A stretch of 63,982 nucleotides of DNA from a virus. Lineage: Duplodnaviria; Caudoviricetes. The position numbers and the translations under genes were made by a program. Positions 35,111 through 43,059 of the stretch are shown piece after piece. Positions within the stretch are counted from its first letter, which is position 1. Each line of letters opens with the position of its first letter. Location: IMG/VR virus record IMGVR_UViG_3300033182_000145, positions 1 to 63,982 of that record; one strand, given 5' to 3'. The notes beneath the pieces were generated by a model, which worked only from the letters and a program-made list of their open reading frames with translations, did not search any database and was not told where the DNA came from.

Positions 35111-37535
35111 ATTAAGCAGACAGGACCAGGACAAACGTATCTCTGCTCAATACGACTACGAACAGACCATGCTAACCTATGGTCGGGATAGATACTGGCG
35201 TGACTACGACCGTGCTCCCGACGAAGGTATCCCTGAACAAGAGATGATTGACTCTTCTATCCTCGAGTTGGAAGAGGTATATCAGGAGTGGATAGATACT
35301 GTGTGTCAGTCCACCAAATCTCCGCAGTGGCTGTACCCCCTTCTTGAGCTGGGTGCTAGGAAGATGGCTGATATTACTATACGTGCTGTAGTTAGGTACT
35401 GGTTTACTAGTAGTTTCTGGAATAGTTGGAACGATGAGTTACACACTCCGCCACTGGCTCAGACAATTGCTACTGCTATCTCCCAAGATGCGTGTGATAT
35501 CATTTCATTCCAAAGAGCAAAAAATAATTACAAGAGTGACTGGCAGGCTCAGTCTAAGTTTATCAAAAACTGGACAACCAAGAGATGCCGTGCTTTCTCC
35601 AAGAAGGTAGAGGAGAACATCAAGCTCTCTATTAAACAGAAGCACGACTTTGGTCATCACATGCTCCGCATTGCTGCGTGTTCTAATATTATTATTCTCA
35701 AACCGCAGACAATCAAGAAGGGCAGATCCTTTAGGAAGTATACGTTCGTTGAGATCCATCCGGAAGTTCTCAAGGAATTACATAACCGACACCAACTATT
35801 AGAAACATCCTGCCTTATCTACAGACCTATGCTTGCACCGCCCGTGCCACACAGTCTGATAGAATCAGGCGGATACCAAACAATCCCTCTCCGAAAGCCT
35901 GTTGTTCAAGGCTACCGATCTAATTTTTTCGGAGAGAAACCAAAGAAGCAGAAGTTCTCTACGCCATCCCAGCAGGTTATTGATGGGTTGAATATTCTCA
36001 TGGAGACCGAGTGGGCTATCAACAAGCCTGTCCTTGAGGTGATGGAGAATATGTTCAAGAATAATACCGGGCTGGCTAACCTCCCCTATTATTCCTTCGA
36101 TGAGTTCATGTTCAATGAGCCCTTCCCTAAAGTTGGGTCAAAAGAAGAGCAAGCCATCTGGTGCTGTAAGAGGGAAGAAGCATGGGGTGACTGGTACAAG
36201 CAGGAGCAGGGGAGAGGGAGAATGTTGGTCCGCCTGAAGCTGGCAGAACAACTGTCAGACTGGCAGTTCTTCTACCATTCCTATACACTGGACTTTAGAG
36301 GACGGGCCTATACTATATGTGAGTTATTATCACCACAGTCTTCGGACTTTGATCGTGGTTTAATTATGTTTGGTACACCTATTAAGCTTACCGAGCGAGG
36401 CAAGTACTGGCAGAAGGTAAACCTTGCCAACCTTTTCGATCAAGACAAGGTAACATTCGATGATCGTGTTAAGTGGGTGGATGATAACTGGGACATGATT
36501 GAACGCATCAACCTCGACCCTTATAGTAATAAGGAGTGGATTGATGATGCGAAGAAGAAGAATAAATCGTGGCAGCGTCTTGCGGCTATTTTTGACATAT
36601 GTCGTGGTGATGGATATTGCTCGATCCCTACTAACCTAGACGGGAAGTGCAACGGTAACCAACACCTGAGTGCAATCATGGGAGATCCTGTTATTGCTAA
36701 GCTCACTGGTGTAAGTCCATCTAACCAACCAGAAGATCTGTATCAGTTTGTTGCTGACAACACAACCGAGTATTGTCAAGAGCACGTAGACGATAACGTA
36801 TGGTACGAGCAGTTCCTTGATCACTGGGATGGTAAGATACAACGACAAGTCACCAAACGTCCTACGATGTGCGATGCTTATGGCCTCACGTTCTATGGTA
36901 TTCAAAAGTACCTGAAGATAGAGGGCCATATGGACTGGGTGGCAAAAGAAAAATCAGGTGCTGCTATTGTAGAGATGGCCCGAGCAATAAAGGGAAGCCT
37001 CGACCGAGCTCTTGTTGAGCCTAACAAAGCCAAAGGCTACCTAAAAGATGTGGCCGATAAGAGCAGCCGACTCAATCAGCATTTGGTTTGGACTACCCCG
37101 AGTGGGTTCAAGGTGGTGCATTACTATAATCAGGTAAGCACCCGGAGATCTTTAGCCAAGCTGTTCAACAACAAAGAACTCACCTTCTTTGTACGAACAC
37201 AAGACGTAGATTCCAGAGGAGCTCGTCAGGCTATCTCACCAAACTTTGTTCACTCATTGGACGCCGCTCATATGATCTTAAGTATTTTAAAGATGCGCAA
37301 GGCTGGCATTGAATACTTCTGTATGATACATGATTCATACGGATGCCACCCAAACTATGTAGATATCATGTCTCAAATTATTAGAGAGACATTCTTAGAG
37401 ATTCATCAAGAAAACCAACTTGAGAATTTTAAATCCGAAGTAGAGTCTAATCTTGGTATTGTACTCCCTGACGTTCCAGAAAGGGGGGACCTCAATATCA
37501 ACTGTGTATTAGACTCTGAATATTTCTTTGCATAA
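35088..37535 (+). CDS. T7-like DNA-dependent RNA polymerase (gp1)
   Basis: LDFRGRAY, motif A LDGKCNGNQH, motif B RQVTKRPTMCDAYG, PNFVHSLDA, motif C IHDSYG, C-terminal YFFA. Confidence 0.97.
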   Translation: MDLKIWDKLSRQDQDKRISAQYDYEQTMLTYGRDRYWRDYDRAPDEGIPEQEMIDSSILELEEVYQEWIDTVCQSTKSPQWLYPLLELGARKMADITIRAVVRYWFTSSFWNSWNDELHTPPLAQTIATAISQDACDIISFQRAKNNYKSDWQAQSKFIKNWTTKRCRAFSKKVEENIKLSIKQKHDFGHHMLRIAACSNIIILKPQTIKKGRSFRKYTFVEIHPEVLKELHNRHQLLETSCLIYRPMLAPPVPHSLIESGGYQTIPLRKPVVQGYRSNFFGEKPKKQKFSTPSQQVIDGLNILMETEWAINKPVLEVMENMFKNNTGLANLPYYSFDEFMFNEPFPKVGSKEEQAIWCCKREEAWGDWYKQEQGRGRMLVRLKLAEQLSDWQFFYHSYTLDFRGRAYTICELLSPQSSDFDRGLIMFGTPIKLTERGKYWQKVNLANLFDQDKVTFDDRVKWVDDNWDMIERINLDPYSNKEWIDDAKKKNKSWQRLAAIFDICRGDGYCSIPTNLDGKCNGNQHLSAIMGDPVIAKLTGVSPSNQPEDLYQFVADNTTEYCQEHVDDNVWYEQFLDHWDGKIQRQVTKRPTMCDAYGLTFYGIQKYLKIEGHMDWVAKEKSGAAIVEMARAIKGSLDRALVEPNKAKGYLKDVADKSSRLNQHLVWTTPSGFKVVHYYNQVSTRRSLAKLFNNKELTFFVRTQDVDSRGARQAISPNFVHSLDAAHMILSILKMRKAGIEYFCMIHDSYGCHPNYVDIMSQIIRETFLEIHQENQLENFKSEVESNLGIVLPDVPERGDLNINCVLDSEYFFA

Positions 37536-37545
37536 GGAAAGTGTT

Positions 37546-37800
37546 ATGACTCACTTGATTGTTGGGAATGAAGGCGACCTTGAACACGGCATTAAGTACG
37601 CTACGAAGGTTGCTTTAAACGCGGGGCACGAGACAGAGATTGAGTTTACTTTTACAAGCAAGAAGTTAATGCAGATCTTTGCTGTGAACCTCTTCGATAC
37701 ATGGGTAACCGAGCAAGTCCCTCAGGATGTTAATCTCGATTTGACTTTTAATGTACCCGGTTTGGAAGAGGATGATGACGATGACACAATTCTACAGTGA
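37546..37800 (+). CDS. Hypothetical protein, paralogue A (NEGDLEHGIK)
   Basis: TAAGGA RBS; aligns with the next gene. Confidence 0.7.
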   Translation: MTHLIVGNEGDLEHGIKYATKVALNAGHETEIEFTFTSKKLMQIFAVNLFDTWVTEQVPQDVNLDLTFNVPGLEEDDDDDTILQ

Positions 37801-37871
37801 AGACCATGGTTATATTCTGATTGAAGTAGATGATTCAGATTACATCTTAGTAGATATTGAGGAAGACTTTT

Positions 37872-38090
37872 ATGATGACGATGATGATTGCTAACGAAGG
37901 GGACATGGAGCAGGGCATTAAACAATTCCTGCGACTGTCTGTTTTGGACGGCAAGAAAACCGTTGTTATGTTTTTCCCAAGCGAGACTATGGCAAATATA
38001 TTTTTTACAAACCTGTTAGATACGTTTGAATTAGTGGGCATCGAGGGGCCTGTTAATATTGATACTGTTTTGGTTATGCCAGAGGATTAA
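37872..38090 (+). CDS. Hypothetical protein, paralogue B (NEGDMEQGIK)
   Basis: GAGGA RBS; aligns with the previous gene. Confidence 0.7.
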   Translation: MMTMMIANEGDMEQGIKQFLRLSVLDGKKTVVMFFPSETMANIFFTNLLDTFELVGIEGPVNIDTVLVMPED

Positions 38091-38093
38091 ATT

Positions 38094-38756
38094 ATGTCAA
38101 GAGTATTAGTTATTGGTGACCTACACCTACCGGCAGAACGCTCGGATTACCTAGCCTTCTGCAAGAAACTTAAAACTAAATACAAAACTACAGAGACTGT
38201 GTTTATTGGTGATGTGTTAGATCATCATGCTATCTCGTTCCACCAGAAGAATCCCGAAGCTGATTCGGCTATCGCTGAATATCACAGATCCATGGAGAAG
38301 ATGAAGGATTGGAAGAAGGCCTTCCCCAACTCCAAGGTTTGCATTGGTAATCACGATGAGAGAGTTCACAGGCTGTCGGCTAACGCCGGTATCCCTGCAA
38401 TGTATCTCAAGGATTACTCAGAGGTATTCGATACTCCTACGTGGGAGTGGGATTATGAGTGGGTGATTGACAATGTTTCCTACACACACGGAACTGGTAC
38501 ATCATCTGGGAATACTCCCGCATTCAACGCCGCCAAGGCTAGATCTCAGAGCACTGTGAGCGGTCACGTTCACTCTGTTGCTTCGATCAACTGGATGGCT
38601 GGGCCGAGAGGCTCAAAGATTTTTGGTTTTAATGTTCCCTGTGGGGTTGACATGAACCACAGATTGATGTATTATAGTAAGAACTTCTTAAAGAAGCCAG
38701 TCAACGGGGCTGGCGTAGTAATTGATGGTAAACCTTATATGGAGGTTATGGACTAA
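38094..38756 (+). CDS. Calcineurin-like metallophosphoesterase
   Basis: GDLH, GDVLD, GNHD, THG and GHVH motifs. Confidence 0.9.
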   Translation: MSRVLVIGDLHLPAERSDYLAFCKKLKTKYKTTETVFIGDVLDHHAISFHQKNPEADSAIAEYHRSMEKMKDWKKAFPNSKVCIGNHDERVHRLSANAGIPAMYLKDYSEVFDTPTWEWDYEWVIDNVSYTHGTGTSSGNTPAFNAAKARSQSTVSGHVHSVASINWMAGPRGSKIFGFNVPCGVDMNHRLMYYSKNFLKKPVNGAGVVIDGKPYMEVMD

Positions 38757-38941
38757 TGGAAGAAGTCAAAGAAGTGGTGTCCAATGACGACACCGTTTGG
38801 ATTCCTTTCGAGGAAGTTGAAAAGTTTGTCATGTCTTTGAGGGACATGATGCAAGTAATGATTACGAATATGGACAGCACGTTGGACGCTGTTCGCAAAG
38901 CTATTGAAACAAATGAAGGAGATAATAATGATGGGAACTAA
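38756..38941 (+). CDS. Hypothetical protein, 61 aa
   Basis: GGAGG RBS; TAATG coupling. Confidence 0.6.
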   Translation: MEEVKEVVSNDDTVWIPFEEVEKFVMSLRDMMQVMITNMDSTLDAVRKAIETNEGDNNDGN

Positions 38942-39455
38942 GATTGCACCTTTTACCACGCACACCATTGACGTTCAGTGGTCGCACCTGCACGCACCGG
39001 ATGACAAGTTTGGTGCCGATTCGGCTAATCACAACATCACTGTTGTTGTTGATGATGAGCTTCAGACGAAGCTTGATCAGCTGTTGAAGGAGAGTGGTGC
39101 CACGAAGATCAACGGTATGCGTACCGATGACAACGGCACGACGCTTCTCAAGGCCAAGTCAAAGACTATGGTCAAGAAGAACGTTAACACTTTCCCTTGT
39201 CGGGATGCTGCTGCTGAGCGGACGGAAGCCGTTCCGTTTGGTGGTGACAAGGTTCGCCTTCGACTTGCACCGGCCCTGCTGTCTAGGGATAACTCCCTGA
39301 GCCTGTACCTCAATGGTTGTCAGATCATTGAGAAGAACATGCAGGACAGCTCCGGTGGATTCGAGGCTACTGAAGGATTTGATGGATCTTCTTTCGTGGC
39401 TCCCAAGTCTGAGGACACCACGGAAGCTGAAGATTTTGATGATCTCCCGCTGTGA
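38928..39455 (+). CDS. Single-stranded DNA-binding protein (T7 gp2.5-like)
   Basis: PDDKFG, GGDKVRL, SLYLNGCQIIE; acidic tail ending EDFDDLPL; expected position. Confidence 0.85.
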   Translation: MMGTKIAPFTTHTIDVQWSHLHAPDDKFGADSANHNITVVVDDELQTKLDQLLKESGATKINGMRTDDNGTTLLKAKSKTMVKKNVNTFPCRDAAAERTEAVPFGGDKVRLRLAPALLSRDNSLSLYLNGCQIIEKNMQDSSGGFEATEGFDGSSFVAPKSEDTTEAEDFDDLPL

Positions 39456-39838
39456 TGCCTGAGTGGCTCTTTCCTATTAGTCCTGTAGCGGCAAGTAGGC
39501 CCCGTGTTTCACGGCACGGGGCTTACTTCGCCGGTCCTTACAAACACTTCAGGGCTGAGTGTTCTGAGGTTGTCCCCCTTATACTTGGGGATGAGTTCGT
39601 ACCCTACGACCGACCATTAAAGGTTGATGTAGAGATATACGTAAAGCAACCTAAGAAAACAAAACTATCCGCACCGAAGGCAGACATTGATAATTTTTTA
39701 AAGGCTATCTTTGATGTCTTAAACGGTAAACTGTGGGTAGATGACAACCTGATACACGAAGTCTATGCTGTCAAAAGCTGGGCTAGGGAAGGGAGCGATG
39801 GTTATTTTACTGTCGGTGTAGATGTCTTAGGCCAGTAG
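39455..39838 (+). CDS. rusA: RusA-family Holliday junction resolvase
   Basis: ASRPRV and PKADIDNFLKAIFDVLNG..WVDDNLI signature. Confidence 0.85.
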   Translation: MPEWLFPISPVAASRPRVSRHGAYFAGPYKHFRAECSEVVPLILGDEFVPYDRPLKVDVEIYVKQPKKTKLSAPKADIDNFLKAIFDVLNGKLWVDDNLIHEVYAVKSWAREGSDGYFTVGVDVLGQ

Positions 39839-39901
39839 CTCAGCGGTCAGAGCAGGCGGCTCATAATCGCTTAGTCCCCGGTTCGAATCCGGGCTGGCCT
39901 A
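39829..39901 (+). tRNA. tRNA with CAT anticodon, probably Ile2 (lysidine-modified, reads AUA); Met not excluded
   Basis: AGGCCAG/CTGGCCT acceptor stem; GGCGG-CTCATAA-TCGCT arm resembles Ile2 tRNAs; TTCGAAT loop; no encoded CCA. Confidence 0.85.
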
Positions 39902-39904
39902 CTT

Positions 39905-39977
39905 GCTCCGGTAGCTCAGGGGACAGAGCAACGGCCTTCTAAGCCGTGGGTCGTAGGTTCGAATCCTACCCGGAGTG
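39905..39977 (+). tRNA. tRNA-Arg(TCT)
   Basis: GCTCCGG/CCGGAGT; ACGGC-CTTCTAA-GCCGT; GTAGG-TTCGAAT-CCTAC. Confidence 0.93.
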
Positions 39978-39981
39978 CTTT

Positions 39982-40065
39982 GCCCTTGTGGCGGAACTGG
40001 CAGACGCGACAGACTTAAAATCTGTTTCCCGTTAGGGAGTATGGGTTCGAGTCCCATCGAGGGTA
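39982..40065 (+). tRNA. tRNA-Leu(TAA)
   Basis: GCCCTTG/CGAGGGT; ACAGA-CTTAAAA-TCTGT; long variable arm; ATGGG-TTCGAGT-CCCAT. Confidence 0.93.
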
Positions 40066-40070
40066 TTAGT

Positions 40071-40157
40071 ATGAATGAAATTGTTGTTGCTTTTTTAGTT
40101 ATGATAGGTATTTTTGTAATGGTCTGTAAGATCTGGTTTGCAGAAGAAAGTGAGTAG
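40071..40157 (+). CDS. Possible 28-aa single-TM peptide
   Basis: MNEIVVAFLVMIGIFVMVCKIWFAEESE; very short. Confidence 0.35.
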   Translation: MNEIVVAFLVMIGIFVMVCKIWFAEESE

Positions 40158-40160
40158 TTT

Positions 40161-40547
40161 ATGAGAACACTATTGACAACCCTATTATCGTGTGTTATAC
40201 TGTGTGGATGTGCAACGAAAAACTTAATGACAACATCTCGTGGAACACTCGAGGCGGTTACGGCAAGCCCGGTCGGAAGCTGCTCACCAATGCTAAGTTG
40301 GTTAGGTGGTATATGCATCCTCGGGGGGATGGCCCTTCTGGTTATATCCCGAGGAACAATGGGCTGGAGGCCGCTTATTGGAGGAGTATTATTCGTCCTG
40401 ATTAACTACGCTATTTCTATGTATGCTAGTTGGTTCTTTCTTCCAGTTGCAATTTCAACGGGGGCACTGAGCCTCGCTTGGACTGGTAAGATTGTATGGA
40501 AAATCGTCAACGATGACAACATTAAACTTAAGGAGTTGAAGTTATGA
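40161..40547 (+). CDS. Putative lipoprotein with several TM helices
   Basis: Signal peptide with lipobox-like LCGC, followed by about three hydrophobic helices. Confidence 0.65.
   Translation: MRTLLTTLLSCVILCGCATKNLMTTSRGTLEAVTASPVGSCSPMLSWLGGICILGGMALLVISRGTMGWRPLIGGVLFVLINYAISMYASWFFLPVAISTGALSLAWTGKIVWKIVNDDNIKLKELKL
40173..40201 (+). promoter_or_regulatory. Sigma70-type promoter inside a coding region
   Basis: TTGACA-17 nt-TATACT with extended TG, upstream of the primase-helicase gene. Confidence 0.6.
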
Positions 40548-40681
40548 ATTGGATTGATTCTGTTTTAGGTACTATCTTTTATTCTGTCCTTGTCTTCATG
40601 CTTGGCGGCATGATGGGTAGCCCGCTCTGGTGCTGGCTCAAGGGTAAGTGTCCCTTTATGACCAAGTGCCAGAAGTGCTGA
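40544..40681 (+). CDS. Small membrane protein, 45 aa, Cys-rich tail
   Basis: Translated by hand: MNWIDSVLGTIFYSVLVFMLGGMMGSPLWCWLKGKCPFMTKCQKC; TAAGGAG RBS. Confidence 0.65.
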   Translation: MNWIDSVLGTIFYSVLVFMLGGMMGSPLWCWLKGKCPFMTKCQKC

Positions 40682-40690
40682 GGAGTTTAA

Positions 40691-42415
40691 ATGTCTAATG
40701 TAATTGACCGAGAGCAGTGTCCTGTCTGCGCTAGTCGTGGGCAGGACACCTCTCGTGACAACCTAGCTGTATATGATGATGGACACAAGTATTGTTATTC
40801 CTGTAGATATTATGAAAGAGGAGACATGAGTAAAACTGTGCATGATGAACAACCACAAACAACATCCAATGGCTTGAAGTTCTTGGACGGAAACATTACT
40901 GCTCTAAATGAGCGTAAGATTTCTGAGAAGACTGCTCGCCTGTACAACTACCAAACCCTCACGGTTGGTGAGAAGAAGGTAGAGATTGCCTCGTTCTATC
41001 GAGACAATAAGATTGTAGCACAAAAGCTACGAGGCCCCAACAAGGTATTCCAATGGCGTGGAGAAACTTCTAACTCTACGCTGTGGGGACAGCATCTCTG
41101 GAAGAGTTCCAAGGGTAAGCGTCTTGTTATTACTGAGGGTGAGATTGACTGCATGACTGTCAACCAACTGCTTGGTGGTACGTGGCCTGTAGTTAGCCTG
41201 CCTAATGGTGCGGCTGGTGCTGAGCGTGCTATTCGAGATAACCTTGAGTTTGTGAATAGCTACGAAGAAGTTATCCTTATGTTTGATCAGGACGAGGCTG
41301 GTCAGGATGCCGTCCAGAAGGTGGCAGATCTGATCCCTCCGGGTCGCTGTAAGGTTGCTACGCTTCCGTACAAGGACGCCAACGAATGCCTGCTTAAGAA
41401 TGCTGGTAAGGCTGTCGTCCAAGCCATGTGGGAAGCTCAGCTCTACAGCCCTGATGAGATCCTACATATCTCACAGGTATCTGAATGCGAGGCCATGGAG
41501 ACTACAAGAGTTTATCCCTTCCCGTTTGATGGGCTGTCTGAGTTTCTTCTCGGCCAGCGTAGTGGAGAGATTACTCTGTGGGCTTCCGGTACTGGTTCTG
41601 GTAAGTCTACTATTCTTCGAGAAGTAATCCACCACCACCTTGAAGAAGGTCGTAGTGTCGGTGCTATCATGCTCGAAGAATCCCCGCAGGAAACTGTTGA
41701 TGATATTGTTTCGCTGATTATCAACAAGCCTGTCAGGGCTATTCGTGCCAAGAAGATTATGAACGAGCTTAGAACAAAGCTTGGTAAGGAGCCGATTGAC
41801 ATTGATGTTATTGATGATCTCACTGATGAGGAGTATGCTGAAGCACGGCGTACTCTTGAGCGATCCTCGCTCTACATCTACGATCACCTTGGCAACAACG
41901 GATTGCAGAACCTGTGTGCTCGTATCGAGTTCATGGCTGTATCTCTTGGTGTAGATGTTATCGTTCTAGATCACATCACGGCTGCGGCTGCTGGTCTTTT
42001 GACCACATCCTCAGACTATGATGGAGGATCTTCCGAACGACTGCTGATTGACAACATCATGAAGGAACTCCGTGGTCTGGTATCCAGAACTGGTGTTCAT
42101 ATTGATGTCATCTCTCAGTTGAAGAAGACCAGCAAATCTTATGAAGAGGGTGATCGTATTACTCTTCAGGATCTACGTGGCTCTGGTTCTCTTGCTTCTG
42201 TTCCTAATACTGTTATTGCTCTCGAAAGAGACAGGCAGAATCCTGATAGCCGAGTTGCTAATACCACAATTGTCCGTGTGTTGAAGAATCGACTGACTGG
42301 CAAAGCTGGTATTGCTTCGTGCTTGTTCTATGATCACGGCACTGGCCGTCTCAAAGAACTGGACTTCGGTATTGACGACGAAGGAAATGTTGTTAACGAT
42401 TGGGATAGCGCATGA
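40691..42415 (+). CDS. DNA primase-helicase (T7 gp4-like)
   Basis: Zn finger CPVC...CYSC, TOPRIM ITEGEIDC and FDQDEAG, Walker A SGTGSGKS, VLDHI, LRGSG, KNRLTG. Confidence 0.96.
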   Translation: MSNVIDREQCPVCASRGQDTSRDNLAVYDDGHKYCYSCRYYERGDMSKTVHDEQPQTTSNGLKFLDGNITALNERKISEKTARLYNYQTLTVGEKKVEIASFYRDNKIVAQKLRGPNKVFQWRGETSNSTLWGQHLWKSSKGKRLVITEGEIDCMTVNQLLGGTWPVVSLPNGAAGAERAIRDNLEFVNSYEEVILMFDQDEAGQDAVQKVADLIPPGRCKVATLPYKDANECLLKNAGKAVVQAMWEAQLYSPDEILHISQVSECEAMETTRVYPFPFDGLSEFLLGQRSGEITLWASGTGSGKSTILREVIHHHLEEGRSVGAIMLEESPQETVDDIVSLIINKPVRAIRAKKIMNELRTKLGKEPIDIDVIDDLTDEEYAEARRTLERSSLYIYDHLGNNGLQNLCARIEFMAVSLGVDVIVLDHITAAAAGLLTTSSDYDGGSSERLLIDNIMKELRGLVSRTGVHIDVISQLKKTSKSYEEGDRITLQDLRGSGSLASVPNTVIALERDRQNPDSRVANTTIVRVLKNRLTGKAGIASCLFYDHGTGRLKELDFGIDDEGNVVNDWDSA

Positions 42416-43059
42416 TTGTAGTAACTGGAGCAGGTAGATGTGGATCTAGTCTTATGATGCAAACCCTGTACCACTTAGGTGTGCCCATGCTTGGCACTCC
42501 TGAAACAGATACGGGCTGCAACACTATGCTGAAGGAAGACCCAACAGGTATTCTTGCACAGCAGATAATCGACATGAACCCTAAGGGTTACTGGGAACTC
42601 CCCATTAAGGAGATCTATAAGATGATCGACTTCGGGTTTCCTGAGCATGCTGGTCGTGCTGTAAAGATTATGGGTGCGGCGTTCTCTGATCTGAACACTA
42701 ATGATATTGAGAATGTTATCTTCTGTAAACGTAGAGATCGAGATACCCAAGCAGAAGGGCTGCACAAGATGGCCCAGCTGGATCTTGAGATTAAGAAAAG
42801 AAATAACACCACCAACACCTATATTGACTGGTTTGAAAACAAAACCGTAGACGATGTGTTCATGAGGCAGCAGCTAACGCTCAACCATATTGAGCATATC
42901 CTGAAGGAAGAGAATGTCAACTATATTGAGGTTGTGTTTGAAGATATTGTTTCGAATCCCCAACCGGAGATCGAGAGAGTAGTCCAGTTTCTAAACTTAG
43001 ATGTGGATATTTCAAAGGCTGTAGATAATGTGGATGTAAGGAATGAAATTAGCATTTGA
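42412..43059 (+). CDS. Sulfotransferase-family (P-loop) protein
   Basis: VVTGAGRCGSSLMMQTL, NPKGYWE, and V.FEDIVSNP.....RVVQFL. Confidence 0.7.
   Translation: MIVVTGAGRCGSSLMMQTLYHLGVPMLGTPETDTGCNTMLKEDPTGILAQQIIDMNPKGYWELPIKEIYKMIDFGFPEHAGRAVKIMGAAFSDLNTNDIENVIFCKRRDRDTQAEGLHKMAQLDLEIKKRNNTTNTYIDWFENKTVDDVFMRQQLTLNHIEHILKEENVNYIEVVFEDIVSNPQPEIERVVQFLNLDVDISKAVDNVDVRNEISI

Noticed and set aside
39899-40318. ORFs overlapping the tRNA cluster (39899-40318 minus; 5' part of 39975-40157)
   Set aside because: Spurious translations of tRNA genes.
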